Source: Eledone cirrhosa
Lineage: Eukaryota
DNA length: 64,000 nt
Assembly (NCBI GenBank): GCA_964016885.1
Contig: OZ024743.1
Location: 56,916,001-56,980,000 of the forward strand
Direction: 5' to 3'
The number at the start of each line of letters is the position of its first letter. Position 1 is the first letter of the stretch. Below are positions 39,887 through 53,900 of the stretch, piece by piece. The notes below the pieces were generated by a model. That model did not search any database. It was not told the origin of the DNA and saw nothing but the letters and a program-made list of their open reading frames with translations. Both the position numbers and the translations under genes were made by a program.

Positions 39887-40185
39887 TACTGCATTTTCCG
39901 GCGTCGAAGATGCTAGGTTTTTCCTAAAATAAGTCTCGAAAATCTACCATGCGCCCTGGAGACCGAAGTTACATTTCTCATAGGCATATCCTAACTCACG
40001 AGGAAAATTATCTATGCTAGACAATAATCTGAACTCCTGTATATGACCTCTCAATGAAGTGTATAAATTATACTTTTAGGTAAGAAGGCCCGAAATGCTG
40101 GGACCTTATTTTTATGTTTATCATTGTTTTTCAAATTTTTGGTTGTCAAAATCGGGGTGCGTCTTCGAGAGCGGGAAACACGGTA
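39887..40185. mobile_element. Tigger/pogo-like MITE
   Basis: TIR-like ends tactgcattttccggcgtcgaagatgc / gcgtcttcgagagcgggaaacacggta with TA termini. Confidence 0.6.
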
Positions 40186-41338
40186 TTTGTTCTGACTCGT
40201 TATGTTGTCCTGTCGTGTTCAACTTTACTTTTCGTTCTCTATCCCTCTATGTCACTTTATCTCAACGTCTCTCCGTCTCTTGAAGAAATCGGACATGGAG
40301 ATTCGACATGGCGAGAGATGGATTCTACCAGGTTTGAAATTCCTAACACACTCCATGTGCTATGACGGTGCCCTTTTCATCCTACAAAGAGTTAAGAACT
40401 CTTCTTTGCCTTTGGTTCATAAAACAGAAATTTGACAGAATCTTTAGAGCGATGGATTAAATGTTTTGCAGTATTCGTTTCGGCTCTCTGTGTTTTGAGT
40501 TCAAATCCCACCGAGATCAATTTTACAGTTCAACCTTTCGAATTCCATAAATAAAGTACCAGTCCAGTACTTAGGTTAATTTTTCCTCTTAGTCTCTTTC
40601 TCTCGTTCCCTCTTCTTCTCTAGAAGAAATTGGCTGTTTTCCGACATGGAGAGGGGTTTAAAATACCCGAAACACATCGTGTGTCCTGGATGTTGACCCT
40701 ACGACTCCACATGGGTTAAAAGCCTTCTCTTTTACATTTCGCTCAGCTGTATCTTAAATCAGTAACTTTGCCAAAGTCTTCAGAGCGTTGAATTAAATAC
40801 TTTGCGCAATTTGTTCCGGTTTTCTGCGCCTTGGGGTCAAGAATATAAAGTGTATATATCATTTATTGCATATAATCCGACAGTCACACTTAAACCGACG
40901 GTCGCATTTAATGGATGAATAGAAATTTAATTTCAATTGAATTTAATTTCTATTCAACCACAGAATTGGCTCTACGGCTAATAAGTTCATGGACTGACCA
41001 AAATACTCTTACGGAATGACAAAATGAAGTTAAATTTTCAACGTAGATCCTGGAAAGAAGCAATGCAGTTATTAATAAGAAGAGTTGAAATTAATGCATG
41101 CAATATTTCACAGCCCAGGAATCACTCCTTCATAGTCAGCCTATGAGACAATAAGAATTGCAGCTTTTTGTAAACTTTATTTCATATTACAATTGCTTCT
41201 ATATTGATCAGCTCGGGTCGGGTTTGATCTGCGATCGGATCCCGACTCTTAAACCTGGAGCACAACCCAACGAGAGACAGACCCAGTAACAACATCGAGT
41301 ACATCGACCAGCGTCGCCGCTAGTTACTCACATAATAA

Positions 41339-41429
<91 letters not shown>

Positions 41430-41432
41430 TAA

Positions 41433-41506
41433 CAGATTAAAGTTTAAGCAAAGAATCGCTGCTTTCACCCTTAACGGGATCTTCTGAAACTAACAAAGTC
41501 AATCTG
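41433..41506 (-). ncRNA. Candidate type I hammerhead ribozyme (U4>A core change) in the Penelope-like 3' repeat
   Basis: CAGATTGA-ctttgtt-AGTTT CAGAAGA t-CCC-gttaa-GGG-t GAA AGCA-gcgattctt-TGCT T AAACT-TTAATCTG. All three stems pair. Confidence 0.6.
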
Positions 41507-42421
41507 TAAACGCAGAACTGGATATTTCAAAAAACGTTGCAACCGGAGGAGGACAGGAAGACGATACTTTGGTTCGTGGAAACGTTCGCTGGCAAAGAAC
41601 GGGAAAAAACAAATACTACGTCATTAATAGGAGCGGTGAAAAACAATTACGCGCAAAGACAGAACCACGTTTATGGTATAAAAGAGGTCGTAGACTAATG
41701 TTCTCTTAGGTGGTGCATAGAGACGTTCTCTGGCAATGAACGAAAAAACGAAGATAATAAGTCATATGTGGAGCGTGGAGAACAATAGCACGCAAAGACA
41801 AAACCACGTAAATGGTATAGCAGAAGTCGTAGACTAAAATTCTAACTAGGAGACCAAATGAATCTCCGCTACAGAGTTAAGAACAAAGTAAATAAATACA
41901 ATACAGAAGTAATAAAAATAAATAAATACATACACGCAAACAAATACGTACATACACAAGCATACGCAAAACCTTACCATAGGTATACAAAACCACGCAC
42001 ATATAAATATGTGTGTGTGTGTGTATGCTTGTGTACAAATAAATAAATAATTATATAAACGTATATAAATAAATAAATACGTATATAACAAGCGCACACA
42101 CATACACACATATAAATACACGAATGTTCGGAGACGTAGGTCAACTAAAACAAGAAGTACACATATACACACACCCACCATACGTACGAACCTGCATACT
42201 CACGCAGACGCAAAACTCCCGTATACACATAGCCAAACCCTAAATACCAAAATATATAAAAATTATACGCCAAAACAATCAAATATACGTACGAGAAGGT
42301 ATACATACCTTCACAAAACATACGGGTAATATATACTTACCTATGCAAATAAGTAAAGGAATAAACAAAATATATACTTAGCTCCCACATCAAGACGTAA
42401 AATATCCACGTATAGATCGTA

Positions 42422-42960
42422 CTATCCGTTAGGGTATAACGTGGGGCTGTAATACAGGAAAGTTTTGTGCAATTTATGTTTACAAGCCGAAATTGCCTCA
42501 GATTTTTTTGTTTAAGATGTGGTCTGTGACGTAGAGTATTTCCAGGGCCTCAGCGGCGCAGAGGTCACATGGTCTTTTATTTCCGTTATACGATCTAGCC
42601 CTAGCTAGGATCTCCCAGTGTAACTTATATTGGGTGTGGTTGTCTTTTAGACTCCAGATATAAGCTGAAAGTGACGTCATATTCCTTCTTAGAGGGTAAC
42701 GAAAAGAATGGGTATGCATGTAAAGACGCTGCTTGAAACTATTGGCGGTTAACCCTATGTAGGCCCTACGGGACGTGGGTGTTACAACCTTACATTTGTA
42801 GACAATGTTACTAGAGAGGCATTTCCCGGATAGGGGCAATCAGCCCGATTCCTACAATTACAGTTAGTACTAACTACAGGGTTGCACGTGTTCCTACGGC
42901 TAGGTAGTTTAGCTAAATTTGAAGCTGTGATGTTATGTGCAAGGTTAGGAGTCGTATTAT
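42422..42960 (-). pseudogene. GIY-YIG endonuclease domain of a Penelope-like element, two frameshifts, no RT
   Basis: CNCRNRADCP/LSGKCL..IVYKC..YIGLT..FKQR..H..TSLSAYIWSLK..CDLC..E..LNKK/SEAISACKH. Frameshifts near 42835 and 42505. Confidence 0.9.
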
Positions 42961-43432
42961 TACTATACATATATATATATATATATATATAGTAATAATA
43001 ATAAAATTGAAGACTAAAATCCAAAGAGGGCTCGATAAGGAAAATATATATCAAATATATAAGAACCGTAGAGCAAATATTTATTAAAATAACAGATTAA
43101 AGTTTAAGCAAAGAATCGCTGCTTTCATCCTTACCGCTCCTATAATGACGTATTATTCGTTTTTTCTCGTTCTTTGCCAGAGAACGTCTCTATGCACCAC
43201 CTAAGAGAACATTAGTCTACGACCTCTTTTATACCATAAACGTGGTTTTGTCTTTGCGCGTAATTGTTTTTCACCGCTCCTATAATGACGTATTATTCGT
43301 TTTTTCTCGTTCTTTGCCAGCGAACGTTACCACGAACCAAAGTATCGTCTTCCTGTCTTCCTCCGGTTGCAACGTTTTTTGGAAATATCCACTTCTGCGT
43401 TAACGATTCTTTGCTTAAACTTTAATCTGTTA

Positions 43433-43468
<36 letters not shown>

Positions 43469-44063
43469 GGAAAAAAAAAACAGTGCTAGAGAACAACATA
43501 TAATTGTTTCTATTTTAGGCACAAGGCCAGCAATTACCCAGTACATTACTGGTACTTTATTTTATCGACCCCGTAAGGACGAAAGGCAAAGTTAACCTCG
43601 GCGGGACGTAACTCTATGCTTCAAACATGATGTCCGACTCTCTACCGATACTGCCAATCCATAGAGAACAACATATAATAGAGGTATATTAGTATAATAC
43701 GTATAAGAAGTCCAAAGTTACAGACGTTGGTCCTTCATCGCAAGCTAGATAAAGAGAAAAGAGAGGATATTCGGGAGAGAGAAAAAAGAATGGTAGATGG
43801 GAGCTAACAAAAACAAAAATCGAAAAACAGAGACTAAAAGGAGAGGGAAGAAAAGTAGTTACTAAACACACACGCGCGCACACACACACGCACACATACA
43901 CATTATATACATAATATATAATAGTTTCTGATTTAGGTACAAGGCCAACAATTTGGGAGGAGGAGGAGAAAGTCGATTAAATCGACCCAGTGCATTACCG
44001 GTACTTGAACGGGAAATGAACACAGAACGTCGCAAAGCATGTTATCCGACACTGCTGCTGCTG

Positions 44064-44132
<69 letters not shown>

Positions 44133-46959
44133 ATTAGGTCACGGGAGACAATAATTATGTCTATATTTTAAATATTAATCTCTTAGGAACAAAGTTATAA
44201 CATTATGGCCGAGAGAAGTAGGAAGACTACGGTGTCCAGGCCATTTGTAGACGTATTGGTAGACTGTGAACACATATGAACCAAACTCGCCAGAAATTTT
44301 CCTTTAATTATTGCAATTCTTCATCATCGTATTTCATCCTTTGCTTGGGAAGGTGAAACCTTGAATAAGTCTTGACTTCACCATAAAGATTTCTAATGGC
44401 TATTTTATTGCAATGAGTTGTCATTTCTATTGCAAGCTGATACCATCTGCCTGTCGCAACTCCTAGCAGAAGAAGGTGGGATTTGAACTTCAGAAGGCTC
44501 AGCGCAAGATCCAATACCTTAAAGCACACCGTTTGGCATTTTAACAATTCCACCAATCCACCGCTCCTCCCACTGTTGTGCTGGCGCATTATTTATCGAC
44601 ACCGAAAAGGATGAATGGTAAAGTTGACCTCAGCGTAATTTGAACATCAGAGCGCAGAGAGCCGGAACAAATAACTGCATTTAATTCGATGTCCTAACGG
44701 AAGTGCATGTGGTAAGGGTGTTGGTCCTACGATCCTAATGTCGTGGGTTCGATTCCTGAACTGGATTGTGTGTTGTGTTTTTGAGCAAAACTTTGCTCCG
44801 GTATACTCAGTTGAAAATGAGTACCAGCAATAGCTGGGGGTGGGGGTGGGGGGCTGGGTGGGTTAACAAGCATCATGTCAAGGAGAGAGTCTTGTACTTT
44901 CAGTCGCTTCACGCAACCAAAACCAGGATTGACACCGGCCTGATGAGCCTCCTGGCTCGAGACACACTTTAGACTTTAAACCTAATGATTTTGCCACTTC
45001 GCCACCATAATGAAGGTTAATGACAGTGACAGGAATAGTTCACTATTCAATAGATGGTAATGTGAGATGGTTGCGTAGAATTAAAGAGTTTACAACAGGA
45101 AAACTAACCAGAAACAGCAAATCACTACAGACTACAATAAGTTATGTTAAACAAACAAAACCCGGCCATTGATTTACCGATTCCTCCCAGGAAATATTAT
45201 TCAGAGACAGAAAACTCATTTTTCTTTCCAGCCAATGTAAGCAAATGATAAATGTTTGATCGAAGAATTTTTTTGTATTGATTTTATCGATCTAGTTATC
45301 CCCTTGCCAGCAACATAACCATTCTCGGACATTTGTGATAAGCAGACCTGGAAACATAATTTAATGGAAAAAAAAAAAAAAAAAAAAAAAATTTACATTT
45401 ATTAAGTGCAGTCAATGTGTCGGCTTTATTGTTTGTATGTCTTTGTTGCTAGTTGGTCCTTTAGTCTCTGCTAATGTTTAAATCTACAACCTGTTCGCCT
45501 CTTGTTTTTGCCTTTTCCACAGAAAAGCTATATCAGCTTCAAGTCCATACAAAGTGCATTCTACTAATTTCTCAGCATATTTCTATCATTTTATTACTTT
45601 AACCCTTTTGATATCAAGCTGCCTGAAATTACCTCTGGTTCTATGATACAAAATTTATGGAAGACATTTTATTATGTTCCAAACACAAGCATAATAATGG
45701 TTTCTGATTTAGGCACAAGGCCAACAATCTTTTGGGGGGAGGAGTAAGTCGATTAAATCGACCCCAGTGTGTTACTGGTACTTTAGCTTATTGACCCCCT
45801 ATAAGGATGAAAGGCAAAGCTAACCCCGGTGGGATTTGAACTCAGAACATAAAGAGCCATAACTCTATGCCGCAAAGCATATTGTTCGACGCTCTACCAA
45901 TACTGCCAATCTACCACCCTTTATGTTCAAAACACAAGATTAATAATAAGATAGTTATATTACTCGATCGAATCCATCGACAAGATCCCAGAACTCACTC
46001 GCTTGCCGAGTGAGCTGAGACTCGTCAAATCGGACCAAGGAGAATGTTTCCATTAGTCTTTCCATTGCTGATAATATCTATTGGTTGCAACTCCAGGCAG
46101 AAGTTATATTACTAAATTCCTCCAAATTTTTGATTATATTTAAAATTATTTGAAAATCGTGCAGTGCGTTTTATCAGAATGCAAAAGTGAGTGTTTTATA
46201 TTTATCTAAAAACCTTCAATCATAATTTTATGTAAAAACGTTTATTGAGTTATGTTACAAACACTAGCTTTATATTACCAAATCCTTCCAAATTCTTCAT
46301 TATTTTCAAAATTATTTCAAATTCTTCTTCGTCCAAATTCTTATTGACTTTTTCAAGTTCCACTTGGAAAAGAAGGTGAGTGTGGAAATGTAAATGATAA
46401 GCTCCTCCCCCAGTACATTTGTTAAAAGGTGGGTGAATGTAGCGAATATTGTCCAAGTGGATGGGCTTACACAGAGCATGTACCTGTAGGCTCTGGGGTT
46501 CAGATTAGGGTGCTTTTGGATCTGCGGAGTCCCTAAATTACCCACAAGTAGTGCTCCTCCTGTTGTTAAATTTATTGTTGTTGTGTATACGCTTTATATT
46601 ACATGTAAAGCCCCACTCTCTTTGTCTATTTGTATTTGTATTGTCCTTTGTATTTCGGCTCTACAGGCAAACAAAGAAAGAATTAATGTTTTTATTAGAG
46701 CGTCGGACAACATGCTTCACGGCAGAGAGTTACGGCCATTTACGTTCTGAGTTAAAATCCCGCCGAGGTTAGCTTTGCTTTTCATCCTTACGGGATAAAC
46801 AAAATAAAGCACCAGTAATGCACTGGGTTCAATTTAATCAACTTTGCCCTCCCTCCCAAAATTGTTGGCCCTGTGCCTAAATCAGGAACTATTATTTGAT
46901 AAAGTTTTACTTAGAGAGAGAGAGAGCCGGTTTCTAACATAGCTACAAGATTCTTTCAT

Positions 46960-47260
46960 TGGAATTTAGACATGGCAAGCGGCTCAACGACCGTATCTGT
47001 ATCATTGAGCTGCTCAACATTACCAGACTTAGACCAATTACATCAATTGTCAAGTCAAGAGTACTCAAACTATACGGTCATATGAAAAGATCCACTCGTG
47101 GTGTGAGTAGGTTATGCCTGGAAGGAAGGTTGGCTGGTAGAAGTAGAGGCTGCTAGTCAAAGCGATGGCTTGATAACGTCAACTTATGGACTGGTCTTGA
47201 TCTTTGCTCTTTAAACTCAGTTGTTGGTGATCGAACTTTGTGGAGAAAAGTATCTCATGT
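46960..47260 (+). mobile_element. RTE-like LINE 3' fragment
   Basis: IVKSRVLKLYGHMKR...CLEGRLAGRSRG followed by ..KRWLDNV. Confidence 0.65.
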
Positions 47261-47719
47261 TGATGCGCAGTTTGCAACTGGCGGAGTTTAGCGTCGTAAT
47301 AATTATTTTTAACTAGTGTTCTTAGAATGGCTACACTTTTGTGAGCGTATGTGTGTGTGACTGTTTGTGTATGAGTGTATGTGTATGTGTATGTGTATGT
47401 GAGTGTTTTTGTGTGTGAGTGTATGTGTGTGTGAGTGTATGTGTGTGTGAGTGTATGCGTGTGTGTGTGAGTGTATGTGTGTGTGTGAGTGTATGTGTGT
47501 GTGTGAGTGTATGTGTGTCTGAGTGTATGTGTTTGTGAGTGTTTGTGTGTGTGAGTATGTGTGTGTGACTGTATATGCGTGTGAGTGTTTGTGTGTATGT
47601 GTTGTCCAAGGAGCCAAGTCCCTAGCAATATCGAAATAAATTAGAATTATCAAGAATATAAACCGACCGCAGTTGAAAGGTATATACAAATACACAACTA
47701 CTCTTCAGCAGTCATTTTT

Positions 47720-48260
47720 GACGGCACGGGCCCAGCTAGTTAATAATATTTATCTTATTTTTACGTCGCTTGTTGGCGTAATTGTTTGGCTGTGAAGCGA
47801 TTTAGCTCTGGATGTATTTCGTCCCAGTGTAGCTTCATTCTATTCATATAGCCAACGAGGGATTTCTTTCGCCATTTTATAACAATTAAATAAATCATCA
47901 TTAAGTTCGCAACTCCAAGAGAAATGCGATTTATAATTTCTGTTTCTTCTGTAGCTACAACTGAATTAATTTTGTTTACCTTTCTCATTGATTTTCTCAC
48001 TGGTTTTCTCCGGTAAATTGTTTTCGTTCCTTGTGTTCGGTAAATTGTTGATGTTGTGTCCAGCCATGCTGTTTGTAGCAAATCCTTGTAAAGTGAATTA
48101 TGTATTTAGTCGGATATCTCTACGAATTCGAAGGTGTCTTCAGTGGATATAGTTAGAAGAATACCCAGTTATTCAACACGACTGGTAGTTGTGGCATTAC
48201 TTTCGGAGATAGTATTCATCTTAAATTTAATGAATAGTCTCCCACGTCAAAATGTGCAAC
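47720..48260 (-). mobile_element. Possible N-terminal fragment of an R4/Dong-like non-LTR retrotransposon ORF
   Basis: GYMNRMKLHWDEIHPELNRFTAKQLRQQA resembles the N-terminal motif of restriction-endonuclease-like non-LTR elements (from recollection, not a search). Confidence 0.45.
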
Positions 48261-48316
48261 TGATCACGTTGACTGCTGTCTATGTATGTATGCATGTATG
48301 TATGCATGTATGTATG

Positions 48317-48826
48317 AAACCCAGTACAACATGTGCGCAATCGGGTCGTCGGCGACTAAACCGGCAACCCCACAAAGCTTGTTTGGTGAGGTGGGTGGAT
48401 TTGGACACCCTGCATGATGAAAGACAAAACCCGTCAAAGGGTGGAGGAACTCAGGAGAGTCAACGGCCATACAATAAAGTTTTTGTTTTGTGGAGTGAGA
48501 GACTCCTAGTCTTCATTAAGACATCTCTCTAAGAGAAGGTCGCTCTGATATAAAACCTGCGACTTCGTTTGCATCCAATAATGTAGACTAGTTCTTCTTT
48601 TTGGGCAAATGCATTTGATGTTCAGAGAGTGGGATTGGCCCTGTGCAAAGCCTTTCCTCACTTAAAAAAGCTTCAAGCACAGGTATAGCTTGATATGTGA
48701 CATTTTTTGCCATGCATGGGATTGATGACCATAGGCATGTCCCTAACAGGACTAAAAAGCGGCGTCTGTAATGCTCATGCTTAAGTATCAAGTGATGGCA
48801 TTACTCGAAATCGAGTTACAGCCATC
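48317..48826 (+). mobile_element. Possible LINE 5' UTR and APE-start fragment bracketed by (TATG)n
   Basis: GC-richer segment with hairpin gggtcgtcgg...ccggcaaccc, weak APE-like LKSGVCNAH and VMALLE words, (TATG)n on both sides. Confidence 0.35.
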
Positions 48827-49404
48827 ATGTATGTATGTATGTATGTATGTATGTATGTATGTATGTATGTATGTATGTATGTATGTATGTATGTATGTAT
48901 GTATGTATGTATGTATGTATTTCTTTTTAAAATACGAAAGAGAAAAAAAACATTTCCTAGTTTCATAGGTCTGCTTATTTCAATAGATATAGGTTAAATC
49001 ATTGTATTGTACTTTCTTCTGTGTAGTTGCAACCAATAAGATGATAATGTGCTGGCACAAATAGATGATATCTTGTGATTAGCAATAGAGATGTGTTGAA
49101 TAGAGGTGTTGTCTTCTGTCTGTCTTTTGTTGCTTATCTAACCAGAAAATAGACAAACCTTCACGGAGAATCTCCCGGGGATGAAATATCGAACAATCTG
49201 GTGATTTATATGGATTTTTTTTATCCACTGTTCAGCCAGGAAGAGGAGGGTGGTATAGTGCCCATAACCCTGTTCAGGGTCTCCGACACCACTTGGTAGG
49301 AAGGCGGAATGTACCCTATCCTCAAACCGGAGACCTGGCCCAAATATTTACGAGAGAACGAACTGCTCTAGAAGTATCCAAGGTCCTATTAGAGCTAACA
49401 TCGA

Positions 49405-50950
49405 AACATACTGTTCTGTATAATATGTATTGTATCGTACCATACTCTACTATACTGTACTACACTGTATTTTATTGTACTGTACTATAATGTATTTTAT
49501 TGTACTGTACTGTATCATACTGTATTGCTGCTGTTGTATAACTAAACTACTATACGGTATTATTCTATACTATACTATACTACACTGTGCTGTACTATAC
49601 TGTACCGTACTTTATTGTATTTTATTGTACTGTACTGTACTATACTGTATCGTACTGTACTATACTGTACAGTATTGTACTATACTATACTGTACTATAC
49701 TGTACTATGCTATGCTGTACTATACTGTACTATACTATGCTGTACTATACTGTACTATACTGTACTTTACTGTATGTACTGTACTATACTGTACTATACT
49801 GTACTATACTGTATGCACTGTACTATACTGTATTACACTGTATGTACTGTACTATACTGTATTATACTGTATGTACTGTACTATAATGTATTATACTACA
49901 CTACAATATACTATACTATACTATATGTATCGTACCCTACCGTACTATACTATGCTGTTCTGTACTGTACTATACTGTACTATACTGTACTGTACTGTAA
50001 TGTACCATAGTGTATCGTACCTTATTGTACTATAATGCACTGTACTGCACTGTATTTTACTGTACAGTACTGCATAACACTATAGTGTATAAATTTGTAC
50101 TGTAAAGTATTATACTATTAGAGATGTATATGAAGACATATACAATATATTTATGTACAATAAACATATATAAGTCTCGCTATGAATTCTTTAAGCATTG
50201 ATCATGTCACACCTATCACAGGAGCGTGTGGGAACGCCAGATGTGTTTCAGGAGTTTTATCCGTCATCAATAGCATTTACTCACACGGTACTGAGACGAG
50301 ATTAAGCTAAAAATTGTATACTTTTGCATATATAATTAATCATAGCACGTCAAGCTCAACTATATGCAAATGAGCGTCCCACCAGATGTTTTATACTATA
50401 GTACACTGTACTGTATTGTACTACACTGTACTGTATTATACTGTACTAAACCATACTATACCATACTATCATATACTATACTATACTACACTATACTATA
50501 CTATGCTATACTATACTATGCTATACTATACTATACTTTACTATACTATACTATACTATACTATACTATACTATACTATACTATACTATACTATACTATA
50601 CTATACTATACTATACTATACTATACTATGCTATACTATACTATGCTATACTATACTATACTATACTTTACTATACTGTACTATGCTATGCTATACTATA
50701 CTATACTGTACTACACTGTATTGTATTGTACTATACTATACTATACTATACTATACTATACTATACTACACTGTATTGTATTGTACTATACTATACTATA
50801 CTATACTATACTATACTATACTATACTATACTATACTATACTATACTTTACTATACTATACTATACTATACTATACTGTACTACACTGTATTGTATTATA
50901 CTATACTATACTATACTATACTATACTATACTGTACTACACTGTATTGTG
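49405..50950. repeat. Pentanucleotide microsatellite (TACTA/TACTG)n in two blocks (~49405-50120, ~50390-50950)
   Basis: 5-nt periodicity; source of the YYTIL ORFs. Confidence 0.95.
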
Positions 50951-50969
50951 GAACACATTGTTACTTTTG

Positions 50970-53900
50970 CAAGAACAACTACTTTTACTACAACGACAGC
51001 TGCAGCATCTACAGCAGCAAGAACAGCAGCAGCGTCTACAGCTACAGCAGCAATATCAGCAGCAACAACAGCAGCAGCGTCTACATGTGCAGCATATAAG
51101 CAGCAACAAAAACAGCAACAACAGCAGCAGCAGTAGCAATAACAACAATACCACAGCAGCAGCAATAACTACAGCAGCAACAGCAATAACAGTTGCAATA
51201 AGAACTACAACAACAACAGCAGCAATAACAACAAATATAACAGCAACAGCAACGATAGCAGCAGCAATAATGACAACTACAGCAGCAACACAAACAGCAG
51301 CAGCAATAGAAATAACTTAGAAGAACAACAATAATAACAACAATAATAACAAATACGACAGCAGAAAAAACAACAGCAGCAATAACAACAAATACATCAA
51401 CAGCAGCAGCAATAGCAAAAAATACAGCAGCATCAGCAGCATCATCATCAGCATCATCATCATCAGCAGCAGCAGCAATAGCAAGAAATACAGCAGCAGC
51501 AGCAACAATAACAACAAATACAAAAGCAACAGCAGAAATAACAACAAATACAACAGCAACAGCAACAATAACAACAAATACAACAGCAACAGCAACAGCA
51601 GAAATAACAACAAATACAACAGCAGCAGCAGCAAAAACAACAGATGCAACAACAGCAGCAGCAATAACAACAAATGCAAAAGCAACAGCAGAAATAACAA
51701 CAAATACAACAGCAGCAGCAACAATAACAACAAATACAACAGCAACAGCAGCAGCAACAATAACAACAAACACAACAGCAGCAGCAGCAGCAGCAGCAGC
51801 AACAATAACAATAAATGCAACAGCAGCAGCAGCAATAACAACAAATGAAGCAGTAGCAGCAGCAATAACAACAAATGAAGCAGCAGCAGCAATAACAACA
51901 AATACAACAGCAACAGCAGCAGCAGCAGCAGCAATAACAACAAATGCAACAGCAGCAGCAGCAACAATAACAACAAATACAACAACTCAGCAGCAGCAGC
52001 AGCAATAACAACAGATACATCAGCAGCAGCAGCAATAGCAACATATACAGCAGCAGCAGCAGCAGCAGCAATAACAACAGATATAGCAGCAGCAGCAGCA
52101 ATAACAACAGATATATCAGCAGCAGCAGCAATAGCAACATATACAGCAGCAGCAGCAGCAGCAGCAGCAATAACAACAGATATAGCAGCAGCAGCAGCAG
52201 CAATAACAACAGATATATCAGCAGCAGCAGCAATAGCAACATATACAGCAGCAGCAGCAATAACAACAGATATAGCAGCAGCAGCAGCAATAACAACAGA
52301 TACATCAGCAGCAGCAGCAATAGCAACATATACAGCAGCAGCAGCAGCAATAACAACAGATATAGCAGCAGCAGCAGCAGCAGCAATAACAACAGATACA
52401 GCAGCAGCAGCAATAACAACAGATACAGCAGCAGCAGCAATAACGACAAATACATCATCATCAGCAGCAATAACAACAGATACAGCAGCAGCAGCAGCAG
52501 CAGCAGCAATAACAACAAATACAACTGCAACAGCAGCAATAACAACTGCAGCAATAACAACAAATACAACAACAGCAATATTCACAACAACACACACAAC
52601 TACAACAGTAGCAAATACAGCAGCAACGATAGTTACAGCAGCAATAGCAGCAGCAACAACAACAATAACAACGACATTTACAGCAGCAGCACCAACGACC
52701 CTTCAAAAACAACAGCAACTACAGCAGCAACAGCAAAAACAACAACAACAGCAAGAACACCAGAAACTACAGCAGTAGCAATTACAGTAGCAATAGCAGC
52801 AATAGCAACAGCAGCAACAGCAGCAATAGCAACAGCAACAGCAGCAACTACAGCAGCACCTGCGGCAATAACAACAGCAACAACAACAATTACAACAGCA
52901 GTAGCAAAAACAACAGTAACCGCAATAGCAACAACAACAACAACAACAACGACAACGATAACAGTAACAACAACGCAAGAACAACAACAACAACAATAAC
53001 AACGACAACAGTAACCACAATAACAACAGTAACAACAACAACAACAGTAACAACGACAACAGTAACAACAACGACAACGACAGTAACAACAACAACAACA
53101 ACAACAGTAACAACAACAACAACAACAACAGTAACAACAACAACAACGACAACAGTAACAACAACGACAACAGCAACAACAACGACAACAGTAACAACAA
53201 CAACAGTAACAACAACAACAGTAACAACAACAACAACAACAGTAACAACAACGACAACAGTAACAACAACAACAGTAACAACAACAACGACAACAGTAAC
53301 AACAACGACAACAGTAACAACAACGACAACAGTAACAACAACGACAACAGTAACAACAACAACAGTAACAACAACAACAACAACAGTAACAACAACGACA
53401 ACAGTAACAACAACAACAGTAACAACAACAACGACAACAGTAACAACAACGACAACAGTAACAACAACAACAACAGTAACAACAACAACAACAACAGTAA
53501 CAACAACGACAACAACAACAGTAACAACAACGACAACAGTAACAACAACAGTAACAACAACAACAACAACAGTAACAACAACGACAACAGTAACAACGAC
53601 AACAGTAACAACAACAACAGTAACAACAACAACAACAACAACAACAACAGTAACAACAACAACGACAACAGTAACAACAACAACGACAACAGTAACAACA
53701 ACAACGACAACAGTAACAACAACAACGACAACAGTAACAACAACAGCAGTAACAACATCTAAAACAGTAACAACAGCAACTACAGCAGAAACAGCAGAAA
53801 CAGCAGCAGTAACAACAATAGCAACAGTAACAACAACATCTACAGCAGCAACAGCAGCAGTAACAACAACATCTACAGCAGCAACAGCAGCAGTAACAAC

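Larger units (their letters stand above)
41424..43440 (-). mobile_element. Truncated Penelope-like retroelement with inverted pLTR-like repeats, inserted in (TA)n
   Basis: GIY-YIG remnant. 43134-43440 is an inverted copy of ~41424-41760, and 43082-43133 is a direct copy of 41424-41473. Hammerhead-like fold at the 3' end; TA tracts on both sides. Confidence 0.85.

Noticed and set aside
43712-43750. Minus-strand CGATGA-AGGAC-caac-GTCT-GTAAC hammerhead-like relic
   Set aside because: Two core positions are broken and there is no clear stem I. It may be a dead pLTR motif but cannot be supported.
47655-47715. Minus-strand CTGAAGA followed by a 7-bp stem
   Set aside because: No GAAA follows the stem, so the core is incomplete.
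49180-49410. HDV-like ribozyme in a GC-richer hairpin-forming segment
   Set aside because: I could not build a consistent P1/P2/P3 nested pseudoknot on either strand.
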